A stretch of DNA of 31,391 nt from Candidatus Caenarcanum sp. (GTDB lineage: Bacteria; Cyanobacteriota; Vampirovibrionia; Gastranaerophilales; UBA9971), in contig DYOT01000001.1 of NCBI GenBank assembly GCA_020720345.1, forward strand, positions 1 through 31,391, read 5' to 3'. Positions within the stretch are counted from its first letter, which is position 1, and each line of letters starts with the position of its first letter. The position numbers and the translations under genes are program-made. The notes beneath the pieces were generated by a model. The model ran no database searches, was not told the origin of the DNA, and saw nothing but the letters and a program-made list of their open reading frames with translations. This document shows positions 9,111-17,871 of the stretch, in pieces.

Positions 9111-9470
9111 ATGTACATCTCTGGTTACGGAATTTTAATAGCTTTTATTATGTTTTCCTTTGCGTTTGCAGCCGCAGCGCTTATTTTATCATTTATTGTA
9201 CAGCCTAAAGCGCCGGGAAAACTTAAAGAAAACACTTACGAATGTGGAATGAAACCTTTCGGTGATTCAAGAATCCAGTTTGATATAAAATATTATCTTT
9301 ATGCGCTTTTATTTTTAATATTTGATATTGAAGCGGTTTTTCTTTTTCCATGGGCTGTGAGCTATAATAAATTAGGACTGTTTGCCTTGGTAGAAGCACT
9401 GATTTTTATAGGTATACTGATTCTTGGACTGGTTTACGCATGGAAGAAAGACGCTTTAAAATGGCAGTAA
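9111..9470 (+). CDS. ndhC: Complex I-like NDH subunit NdhC/NuoA
   Basis: YECGMKPFG, QFDIKYYLYALLFLIFDIE, AWKKDALKW. ATG 9111 (MYISGY) fits the NdhC N-terminus better than TTG 9087. Confidence 0.95.
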   Translation: MYISGYGILIAFIMFSFAFAAAALILSFIVQPKAPGKLKENTYECGMKPFGDSRIQFDIKYYLYALLFLIFDIEAVFLFPWAVSYNKLGLFALVEALIFIGILILGLVYAWKKDALKWQ

Positions 9471-9513
9471 AAAATAGACAAAAATGGGAATTAATCGGGG
9501 AATAATCTAAAAA

Positions 9514-10140
9514 ATGCAAATAATTTTAACAGCAGTAGATTTTATATATAACTGGGGAAGATCGAATTCAATATGGCCATTAACCTTTGCAACTTCCTGC
9601 TGTGGAATTGAAATGATTTCAGCCAGCGCAGCCAGCTTTGATATAGCCAGATTCGGATCAGAAGTTTTCAGGGCAACACCTCGTCAAGCAGATTTAATGA
9701 TTACTGCTGGAACGATTACGCATAAAATGGCACCTGCTTTAATACGACTTTATGAACAAATGCCGGAACCTAAATATGTAATTGCAATGGGAGCCTGCAC
9801 TGTAACCGGCGGCATGTACGAAAATGACTGTTATTCTGTAGTGAAAGGCGTGGACAGATTAGTCCCTGTTGACGTTTATTTGCCGGGCTGTCCTCCAAGA
9901 CCGGAAGCACTGCTTGATGCCATAATAAAACTTCAGAAAAAAATGCGTACAGAAACTATTATGGACAGGAAAAAATATCTTGAAGCCCATAAGCCAAGAG
10001 TAACACTTTCTGAAGATGCAAATTGTGAAGTATTGCTTCCAAATCCTGATTTTCAGGTAATACACTGGGGAGTGCAAAAAGAGGGCTACAATAAAAACTG
10101 TCATTGCGAGGAAGCCAGAAGGGCTGACGTGGCAATCTAA
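9514..10140 (+). CDS. ndhK: NDH subunit NdhK/NuoB (N2 FeS cluster)
   Basis: [41 protein letters not shown]. The last 13 aa are encoded by a palindromic element. Confidence 0.97.
   Translation: MQIILTAVDFIYNWGRSNSIWPLTFATSCCGIEMISASAASFDIARFGSEVFRATPRQADLMITAGTITHKMAPALIRLYEQMPEPKYVIAMGACTVTGGMYENDCYSVVKGVDRLVPVDVYLPGCPPRPEALLDAIIKLQKKMRTETIMDRKKYLEAHKPRVTLSEDANCEVLLPNPDFQVIHWGVQKEGYNKNCHCEEARRADVAI
10099..10138. repeat. Palindromic element, family B, single arm forming the 3' end of ndhK
   Basis: TGTCATTGCGAGGAAGCCAGAAGGGCTGACGTGGCAATCT, with internal hairpin AGCC-AGAAG-GGCT. Matches the copies at 28168 and 30934. Confidence 0.85.
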
Positions 10141-10163
10141 TTCCTTATTAATACGGAGAAAAC

Positions 10164-10556
10164 ATGGAATATCTTGAAATAACAAAAGAAATACTGGTTG
10201 AAACTGTTAATAATCTTAAAAATGCTGAAGATAAACAGTTTAATATGATGCTTTCCGTAAGCGGCGTTGATAAACAGGATTGCTTTGAAGTTGTTTATCA
10301 TTTATTTTCAACTGCTTTCAAGAAAAACATTATTATAAAAGTCAAACTTGAAAGAGAAAATCCTATTGTTGAAAGCTTATGCGGCATATATTCCGCTGCA
10401 AACTGGCATGAAAGAGAGACTTATGACTTATTTGGCATAATATTTAAAGATCATCCTGAACTTGAAAGAATTTTACTCCCTAAAGACTGGATAGGATATC
10501 CTTTAAGAAAAGATTATGTACTTAAAGACGAAAGATTAAGCTGGAACGAACGATAA
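10164..10556 (+). CDS. ndhJ: NDH subunit NdhJ/NuoC
   Basis: ANWHERETYDLFGIIF..HPELERILLP..WIGYPLRKDY. GGAG upstream. Confidence 0.95.
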   Translation: MEYLEITKEILVETVNNLKNAEDKQFNMMLSVSGVDKQDCFEVVYHLFSTAFKKNIIIKVKLERENPIVESLCGIYSAANWHERETYDLFGIIFKDHPELERILLPKDWIGYPLRKDYVLKDERLSWNER

Positions 10557-10574
10557 AAATAAAGAGATAAAAAA

Positions 10575-11768
10575 ATGGTTTTAGAAAATACTATTCAAAA
10601 AGAAATGATAATAAATGTTGGTCCTCAACATCCCAGTACTCATGGCGTTTTAAGACTAATAATGACTCTTGAAGGGGAAGTAATAAAGGATACAAAACCT
10701 GTAATCGGTTATTTACACAGGGGAAAAGAAAAACTTGCAGAAAGCAGGACTTATTTCCAGTATTTACCAATGGTTGACAGGGTGGACTATTTATCAAGCT
10801 TTTTCTGCGCAGCGGCATACTGCTATGCGGTAGAATCAATAGCAGGGCTGAAAGTCCCAAAGAGAGCCGAGTATATAAGACTTATTACAATGGAATTTAA
10901 CAGAATCAGCTCGCATTTACTATGGGTGGCATCATTTTTACTTGATTTGGGAGCTACTTCTCCCCTGTTTTATGCTTTTAGAGAAAGGGAAGAAATAGTA
11001 AACCTCTTTGAACAGTTGACCGGTCAGAGAATGATGTATAATTTCTACACTTTTGGCGGGGTTAAACAGGATTTCCCGGAAGGCTGGCTTACAAAAGCGC
11101 TTGACTTATGCAAAAAAATGCCTAAAATGTTCGATGAATATGAGGCAATAATTACAAAAAACCCTATATTTATAGAAAGAACAAAAAATATTGGTGTTTT
11201 AACTCCTGAATTAGGCATTGATTACGGAATTACAGGAGCAAATATAAGGGCATCGGGAGTTAATCTTGATTTAAGAAAACCATGTTCGTATTCTGTATAT
11301 GATGAAATAAATTTTAACGTTCATCTTGCTGAAAATGGCGACAGTTATGACAGATATCTGGTAAGAATTGCCGAAATGCGAGAATCAGTGAAAATTATTG
11401 AGCATGCTATAAAACAAATCCCCGGCGGTACTCCTGAGAAATTAAAAATGAAAAAAGTAAACTGCAATTGCGGCAACGAAAATTGTGGTTATTGCGGCTT
11501 TGATTCTCAATTAACAGGGAAAAAAGCTAATATGGTGGTTTTCAAACCGCCGGCAGGGGAAGCCATTTCAATGGTAGAAGCGCCCAGAGGAATAATATCC
11601 TGTTATGTTATAAGCGATGGCACAACCAAACCCTATAGAGTAAAATGGCGAACTCCATCGTTCTCTTCGGTTCAGGTGCTGCCTGAACTCATAAAAAACA
11701 GAAATTATTCTGATTTAATGCCGATTTTCGGAAGCCTTGACGTAGTACTTCCAGAGGTGGACAGATAA
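10575..11768 (+). CDS. ndhH: NDH subunit NdhH/NuoD (quinone-binding) with a Cys-rich insert
   Basis: NVGPQHPSTHGVLRL, GYLHRG, RISSHL, EAPRG, PYRVKWR, GSLDVVLPEVDR. No NiFe-binding CxxC motifs. Confidence 0.97.
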   Translation: MVLENTIQKEMIINVGPQHPSTHGVLRLIMTLEGEVIKDTKPVIGYLHRGKEKLAESRTYFQYLPMVDRVDYLSSFFCAAAYCYAVESIAGLKVPKRAEYIRLITMEFNRISSHLLWVASFLLDLGATSPLFYAFREREEIVNLFEQLTGQRMMYNFYTFGGVKQDFPEGWLTKALDLCKKMPKMFDEYEAIITKNPIFIERTKNIGVLTPELGIDYGITGANIRASGVNLDLRKPCSYSVYDEINFNVHLAENGDSYDRYLVRIAEMRESVKIIEHAIKQIPGGTPEKLKMKKVNCNCGNENCGYCGFDSQLTGKKANMVVFKPPAGEAISMVEAPRGIISCYVISDGTTKPYRVKWRTPSFSSVQVLPELIKNRNYSDLMPIFGSLDVVLPEVDR

Positions 11769-12895
11769 TGCACGAATTATATATGGAATTATTTAATAAA
11801 CTTGGAATTCCTGAAATTTTTGGGGAAATCACATGGCCAATAATACCGTTCGTTTGTGTGGCGGCATTACTGATTATTGTTGTATTATTTCTGGTTTTAA
11901 TGGAAAGAAAAGTTCTTGCGTGGCTTACCATAAGAAAAGGTCCGAACAGGGTTGGTCCTTTCGGCTTCTTCCAAACCATTGCCGATGCAATAAAACTGCT
12001 TATCAAAGAAGACATTATGTCTAAAGATACAAATAAGATTCTTTTCACGCTAGCACCGATGATTGTATTTGCCCCGATAATGGTTATTTACGGATTAATG
12101 CCGTTTACTGAAAAATTTGTCGCTATAAATTTAGCAGCCGGTCTTTTTCTGGTTTTTGCACTGTCTTCCCTAACCACTGTTGGCATAGTACTAGCAGGAT
12201 GGGCAAGTAACAACAAATATTCTCTGCTGGGAGGAATGCGATCTGCTGCACAAGCTATAAGTTATGAAATACCTTTAATTATTTCAGTACTCAGCATAGC
12301 AGTGATTTCAGAGACATTGAATCTTTCAGACATTGTGGATGCGCAGTCTGGAGGAATTTCCTACAATATTTTGCTTAACTGGAATATATTTAGCTGGAAC
12401 ATATGGCCTGCTTTTATAGGATTTATTGTTTTTTTTATATGCTCAATCGCTGAAGTTAACCGGATACCATTTGACTTGCCGGAAGCGGAAAGCGAACTGG
12501 TAAGCGGCTACAATACCGAGTATTCGGGCATGAAATTTGCTCTTTTCTTCCTTGCGGAGTATTCGGCGCTATTTATAATAAGTGTTTTAATGGTTACATT
12601 ATTTATGGGTGGTTATTTATCTCCATTTAACGGTTATTTATCCAATATTTTATTTCAAAATATCATACATAATCAGATAATTTTGAATATTTTTGTTCAT
12701 TTTGAGCAAGCCTTCTGGCTTTTAGCAAAAACTTATTTTGTAATATTAATTATTATGTGGATAAGAGCAACGTTACCAAGACTAAGAGCTGATCAATTAA
12801 TGACTTTCAGCTGGAAATTCCTTCTTCCCCTTTCTTTACTTAATTTAACAATAGTAGCAATAGTGAAATACCTGCTAAATACGGGAAATATATAA
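11768..12895 (+). CDS. ndhA: NDH subunit NdhA/NuoH
   Basis: MERKV...RKGPNRVGPFG, ADAIKL, KYSLLGGMRSAAQAISYE, PFDLPEAESELVSGYNTEYSG. 1-nt overlap with the ndhH stop. Confidence 0.97.
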   Translation: MHELYMELFNKLGIPEIFGEITWPIIPFVCVAALLIIVVLFLVLMERKVLAWLTIRKGPNRVGPFGFFQTIADAIKLLIKEDIMSKDTNKILFTLAPMIVFAPIMVIYGLMPFTEKFVAINLAAGLFLVFALSSLTTVGIVLAGWASNNKYSLLGGMRSAAQAISYEIPLIISVLSIAVISETLNLSDIVDAQSGGISYNILLNWNIFSWNIWPAFIGFIVFFICSIAEVNRIPFDLPEAESELVSGYNTEYSGMKFALFFLAEYSALFIISVLMVTLFMGGYLSPFNGYLSNILFQNIIHNQIILNIFVHFEQAFWLLAKTYFVILIIMWIRATLPRLRADQLMTFSWKFLLPLSLLNLTIVAIVKYLLNTGNI

Positions 12896-12898
12896 AAA

Positions 12899-13375
12899 AT
12901 GAAAAAACTTATTAATAAAACATTCAGCGGAATTATAGAAATAGCAAGAGGTATGTTCACTATAGGCAAACATGCTTTCAGACCGGCTATTACCCTTGAA
13001 TATCCTGAAAAGAAACAGGTTTTCAACTCAAGAATAAGAGGAAGGCTTGCACTTACTACAAACAAAGACGGCGAATTAAACTGCATAGGGTGTATGTCCT
13101 GCACAAAAGTATGTCCCTGCGGTGATTTAATACAGATTGAGACTTCCAAAGGCGAAAATAATAAGCCTGTAATAAATAAATTCACAATAGATATCGGAAG
13201 ATGCATCTTTTGCGGAAACTGCACACAGGTATGCCCGAAAGATGCAATAATTATGACTGAAGAATACGAACTTGCCGACTACTCCAGAGAATCACTGGTT
13301 TTTGATATAGATAAACTAAAGATTTCACCGGAAAAATCGGATCAAAGGCTCAAACAGCGAGAACGAGACAATTAA
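12899..13375 (+). CDS. ndhI: NDH subunit NdhI/NuoI (2x[4Fe-4S])
   Basis: CIGCMSCTKVCP and CIFCGNCTQVCP ferredoxin motifs, TLEYPE, YELA. Confidence 0.97.
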   Translation: MKKLINKTFSGIIEIARGMFTIGKHAFRPAITLEYPEKKQVFNSRIRGRLALTTNKDGELNCIGCMSCTKVCPCGDLIQIETSKGENNKPVINKFTIDIGRCIFCGNCTQVCPKDAIIMTEEYELADYSRESLVFDIDKLKISPEKSDQRLKQRERDN

Positions 13376-13395
13376 AACTAAGAAATTGAGGAGTT

Positions 13396-13986
13396 ATGGA
13401 AGTAATTTATAATTTATTTTTCTATTTAATTTCATTTGTATTAATAATATCAGCACTTGGTGTTGTTTTTATGCCCAGAATAGTTTATTCTGCCGTATCA
13501 TTAATTCTGGCTTTTATTTCAGTAGCAGGGATTTTTGTTATGTTAAATGCTGATTTTCTGGCTATAACACAAATCATCGTTTATGCGGTCGGTATTACAA
13601 TTATACTAATTTTTGCAATAATGCTTACCGGAAAAATTTCCGAGAAAAAACTCTGGATTGCTTTTGCACCGAGAACTTTGTTTGCTTTTGCAATTTCAGG
13701 AGCTTTTTTTGTTACGATTTTATTCGCAATAACAGATGGCTTTAAGCTTGTGGCAAGAGAAAGCAATATATTTTCCGCCACATTACCTTCTTTAGAAACT
13801 ATAGAAACCTTGCAGACAGAAGGAACTACAGGAATAATAGGCAAAGCTCTTTTTACCAAATATGTTTTACCGTTTGAAGTATTGTCCTTGTTGCTGATTG
13901 CCGCAATGTTAGGAGCGATAGTTATGACTAAAAAAAGCGGGGATAATCTCATAAATCACACAACGAAAACGATAGAGGAAGATTAG
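13396..13986 (+). CDS. ndhG: NDH subunit NdhG/NuoJ
   Basis: LNADFLAITQIIVYAVGITI, YVLPFEVLSLLLIAAMLGAIV. Operon position. Confidence 0.95.
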   Translation: MEVIYNLFFYLISFVLIISALGVVFMPRIVYSAVSLILAFISVAGIFVMLNADFLAITQIIVYAVGITIILIFAIMLTGKISEKKLWIAFAPRTLFAFAISGAFFVTILFAITDGFKLVARESNIFSATLPSLETIETLQTEGTTGIIGKALFTKYVLPFEVLSLLLIAAMLGAIVMTKKSGDNLINHTTKTIEED

Positions 13987-13989
13987 TTT

Positions 13990-14328
13990 ATGTTTATGGA
14001 GATATTTTCAGTTATATTTAACGTTGGATTGACTCATTACCTGATTCTAGGAGCAATAATGTTCTGTATTGGCTTATTGGGCTTAATAATTTCAAGAAAC
14101 GTAATCAGGGTGCTTATGTCCATAGAAATTCTGCTTTGTTCAGTAAATATTAATTTTGCTGCATTTGCAAATTATGTAGATATAAACAATATTCAGGGGC
14201 AGATTTTTGCAGTATTTATAATAGCTGTAGCTGCTGCCGAAGCGGCTCTTGGACTGGCAATCCTTCTTTCTCTATACAGAAACAAGCCAACTATAGATAC
14301 GGAAGAAATTAGTGAATTAAAAGGATAA
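13990..14328 (+). CDS. ndhE: NDH subunit NdhE/NuoK
   Basis: RNVIRVLMSIEILL, VNINF, GQIFAVFIIAVAAAEAALGLAI. Confidence 0.96.
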   Translation: MFMEIFSVIFNVGLTHYLILGAIMFCIGLLGLIISRNVIRVLMSIEILLCSVNINFAAFANYVDINNIQGQIFAVFIIAVAAAEAALGLAILLSLYRNKPTIDTEEISELKG

Positions 14329-14365
14329 ATATTTTAAATTATTATTTACGGAGTGTTGAAATATA

Positions 14366-16297
14366 ATGGAGTTTTTTGTTAAAAACGCAGGAATAATAGC
14401 TTTATTACCCTTATGGGTTTTCTTAATCATAATGTTCGGACAAAACCTGTCTATTTATGAAAATAAAAAATTTACTTTATGGCTAACGGCTACGAGTACT
14501 TTTGCAGGGCTTATATGCTCAAGTTTCATACTGGCGTGGACTATGAGCCATAACGAACCTTATATTCAAAATTTTATCTGGCTCGAAGCCGGTTATATAA
14601 AATTATCGGTTGGAGTAATTGTAGACAATCTTTCTGCAATGATGTTAATGGTCGTTACAAGCGTAAGCCTTTTAATTCAAATATATTCACACGAATATAT
14701 GAATAAAGATGAAGGTTATCACAGGTTTTTTGCTTACTTAAACCTGTTTAACTTCTCTATGCTAGGACTTGTATTAAGTACAAATTTATTTCAGACATAT
14801 ATTTTCTGGGAACTTGTAGGGGTTTCCAGCTATTTATTAATAGGCTTCTGGTTCAGAAGACCTTCAGCCTCCAGCGCAGCGACCAAGGCATTTATAATAA
14901 ACAGAATTGGTGATTGCGGCTTGCTATTGGGGATTTTAGGATTTTTATTTTTCTCAATAATATTCTGGTTGAACTCAAGCGACGTTTTTCTCGGTTTTAG
15001 TTCTTTACCCCAGGCAGCAAAGTATGTTTATGCTGCAACAGGTTCGACACCAATGTTATACACGATTATAGCAGTTTTAATCTTCCTTGGACCTGTTGCA
15101 AAGAGCGCACAATTCCCGCTGCATACATGGCTTCCTGATGCAATGGAAGGTCCCACTCCTATTAGCGCATTAATCCACGCAGCAACAATGGTTGCTGCAG
15201 GCGTTTATCTTATTGCCAGAGTTTATCCTATTTTCGAACTTTCTAATGATGCAATGACAATTATAGCGTGGACAGGTGCAATAACAGCAATTATGGGTGC
15301 GACCATAGCAATAACACAGCAGGATATCAAAAAAGCCCTTGCCTACTCAACATGCAGCCAGCTTGGATTTATGGTTATGGCAATGGGAGCAGGAGCTTAC
15401 GCTGCCGGATTATTCCATCTTATGACCCACGCTTATTTTAAAGCAATGCTTTTCCTTTGTTCCGGTGCTGTGATTCATGGATTAAATAATCAACAGGACA
15501 TGAAGTATATGGGTGGTTTGCGAAAACACATGCCGGCTGTTGCTTATACATATTTAATAGGATGTTTAGCTATTTCAGGAATATTTTTAAGCGGATTTTG
15601 GTCAAAAGAAGAAATTTTTTCCGGGCTTTTAGCTAATAATCATATTGTTTTACTTATAATAGCATTAATTGTTGCCGGTATGACTTCATTTTATATGTTC
15701 AGAACTTATTTTCTTACATTTGAAGGTGAATACAGGGGTAATGAACACCCTCATAATGCTTCTAAAGTAATAACTTTACCGTTAATTATATTTGCAATTC
15801 CTTCTGCTATTATAGGTTTTATCCTTTGCGGAAAATTCGGGCTGCCGTCTTTTGATAATTTTATCAGCCCAACTCATGAAATTGTTGAACATAGTGAAAA
15901 TTTCATCCTTCCGGTAATTTCTTTAATTATTTCACTTGCAGGTTTTGGACTTGCAATGGTTTTATATGTTGATAAATACAGAGATAAGCTAAATATTAAT
16001 CTGGATAACTTTATACAGAAAGTTAAACCTGCTTATAATTTCTCCACAAATCTTTGGTACATTGACAAATCTTATTATAAACTGATTGATTATATGGTAA
16101 TACCCGTCTGCAAACTTATGTCAAATTTTGACAAGTATATTGTTGACGGAATTGTCAATCTTATTGCGCTGATGACCGGATTTAGCGGCTGGGTTCTCAG
16201 ACTATTCCAGAATGGAAACGTTCAAACATACGCTACAATACTTTTTGGAGGGTTAATGCTTTTAACCTTTGTGTTAACAATTTACTGGTTGCTCTAA
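14366..16297 (+). CDS. ndhF: NDH antiporter-like subunit NdhF/NuoL
   Basis: WELVGVSSYLLIGFW, KAFIINRIGD, KSAQFPLHTWLPDAMEGPTPISALIHAATMV, LAYSTCSQLG, HAYFKAMLFL. Confidence 0.97.
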   Translation: MEFFVKNAGIIALLPLWVFLIIMFGQNLSIYENKKFTLWLTATSTFAGLICSSFILAWTMSHNEPYIQNFIWLEAGYIKLSVGVIVDNLSAMMLMVVTSVSLLIQIYSHEYMNKDEGYHRFFAYLNLFNFSMLGLVLSTNLFQTYIFWELVGVSSYLLIGFWFRRPSASSAATKAFIINRIGDCGLLLGILGFLFFSIIFWLNSSDVFLGFSSLPQAAKYVYAATGSTPMLYTIIAVLIFLGPVAKSAQFPLHTWLPDAMEGPTPISALIHAATMVAAGVYLIARVYPIFELSNDAMTIIAWTGAITAIMGATIAITQQDIKKALAYSTCSQLGFMVMAMGAGAYAAGLFHLMTHAYFKAMLFLCSGAVIHGLNNQQDMKYMGGLRKHMPAVAYTYLIGCLAISGIFLSGFWSKEEIFSGLLANNHIVLLIIALIVAGMTSFYMFRTYFLTFEGEYRGNEHPHNASKVITLPLIIFAIPSAIIGFILCGKFGLPSFDNFISPTHEIVEHSENFILPVISLIISLAGFGLAMVLYVDKYRDKLNINLDNFIQKVKPAYNFSTNLWYIDKSYYKLIDYMVIPVCKLMSNFDKYIVDGIVNLIALMTGFSGWVLRLFQNGNVQTYATILFGGLMLLTFVLTIYWLL

Positions 16298-16308
16298 GTG
16301 AGGTATCT

Positions 16309-17859
16309 ATGAAGTTTTTATCTATAATATTACTGGTTTTATTACCGGCTATAGGCTCAATAATTTTATTCGGCCCATGGTTTCCACATAACGAAGTTAA
16401 AATAAGAAGATTTGCCAAAGGCTGGGCAGGCTTAGTGTTTTTATATTCCTTACTTTTTGTGGTATTTTTTAACCCTGCTCAAGCAGGTTTTCAGTTTGAA
16501 CAAGTACTTAAATCACCAGGAGGTAAAGCATGGATTCAGCCTCTTGGAATAAATTTTGCTTTCAGCATAGATGGAATATCCTTACCACTAATAGTTTTAA
16601 CTACTTTTCTTGTATTACTCGCACTAATTGCAAGCAAATACAATATAACAAAAAGGCATAAACTTTATTACGCCTTAATTTTTGTATTAGAAACCGCTAT
16701 TCTTGGTGTGTTTGCCGCAAAAGACTTATTTGTATTCTTTTTATTCTGGGAAATTGAGCTGATTCCAATGTATTTTCTTATTTCAATATGGGGAAGCGGC
16801 AGAAAAGAATATTCTGCAATGAAATTTATATTGTATACGTTTATAGGAAGCATATTTATGCTCGCTTCTATACTTGCAATATACTTCTATCATTATATTT
16901 ATACCGGAGTTTTGACTTTCGACTTAGGCGTTTATACATCATTAAAGAGCTACAGTTATCCCTTAATGTTCTCAATACTTACTTTTTGGGGATTTTTTAT
17001 AGCTTTTGCCGTAAAAATACCGGTGGTTCCTTTTCACACATGGCTTCCTGACGCTCACGTTGATGCCCCAACCCCTATAAGTATGTTGCTGGCTGGTATT
17101 CTTCTTAAAATGGGCGGTTACGGCTTAATAAGGATGAATATGCAAATTTTGCCGGAAGCTATAAAAGTTTTAGCGCCTATCCTTATAATAATGGGTGTAA
17201 TTAACATAATTTACACAGCCTGTATTGCTCTTGTACAGGAAGATTTAAAGAAATTAATAGCCTACAGCAGTATTAGCCATATGGGAATAGTATTACTAGG
17301 AATTGGCGCACTTAATGCTGCCGGAGTTTCAGGAGCATTATTCCAGATGATCGCCCATGGAATAATTAGTGCAGGGCTCTTTATGATTGTTGGAGTTATT
17401 TATCTCAGGACACATACAAGAAACATATCAGTTCTTGGCGGTCTTGGTCAAAATTCACCTAGATTTATGTGGTTCTCACTGACAATAGTTCTTGCAAGTG
17501 TCGGTTTGCCTTTATTAATCGGATTTGCAGCAGAAACACTCGCATTTTACGGTGCTTTTACCTCAACAGTATTTAACAGTTTCTCTTTATTTGGCTGGTA
17601 TATTCCGGTTTCAATACAAGTTTTAACAGCTATAGGAATATTTGGAATAATTCTAACGGCTGCATACCTTTTGTGGATGTTCCAGAAAGTATTTTACGGC
17701 AATATTCTCAATAAATGGAAAAGTTTTCACGATGTTACACCACATGAAGTTGCAGTATTATTATCTTTAATCCTCGTAATAGTGGTATTCGGATTTTATC
17801 CGCAGGGGCTGGCAAAAATTTTCACCCCTACGGTAAATAATATTGTAAATATAATCTAA
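16309..17859 (+). CDS. ndhD: NDH antiporter-like subunit NdhD/NuoM
   Basis: FFLFWEIELIPMY, AVKIPVVPFHTWLPDAHVDAP, LLKMGGYG, IAYSSISHMG. Confidence 0.97.
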   Translation: MKFLSIILLVLLPAIGSIILFGPWFPHNEVKIRRFAKGWAGLVFLYSLLFVVFFNPAQAGFQFEQVLKSPGGKAWIQPLGINFAFSIDGISLPLIVLTTFLVLLALIASKYNITKRHKLYYALIFVLETAILGVFAAKDLFVFFLFWEIELIPMYFLISIWGSGRKEYSAMKFILYTFIGSIFMLASILAIYFYHYIYTGVLTFDLGVYTSLKSYSYPLMFSILTFWGFFIAFAVKIPVVPFHTWLPDAHVDAPTPISMLLAGILLKMGGYGLIRMNMQILPEAIKVLAPILIIMGVINIIYTACIALVQEDLKKLIAYSSISHMGIVLLGIGALNAAGVSGALFQMIAHGIISAGLFMIVGVIYLRTHTRNISVLGGLGQNSPRFMWFSLTIVLASVGLPLLIGFAAETLAFYGAFTSTVFNSFSLFGWYIPVSIQVLTAIGIFGIILTAAYLLWMFQKVFYGNILNKWKSFHDVTPHEVAVLLSLILVIVVFGFYPQGLAKIFTPTVNNIVNII

Positions 17860-17871
17860 CTGGAGAAATAT

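Noticed and set aside
9484-9510. Mini-ORF MGINRGII* in frame just before ndhK (possible readthrough or leader peptide)
   Set aside because: Only 8 codons, no similarity to NdhK N-termini, and ndhK has a usable ATG directly after. No supporting signal.
9514-11768. NdhK/NdhH as a group 4 NiFe hydrogenase
   Set aside because: The large subunit lacks both N- and C-terminal CxxC Ni-binding motifs (it ends LDVVLPEVDR), and the operon has the complete complex I membrane arm.
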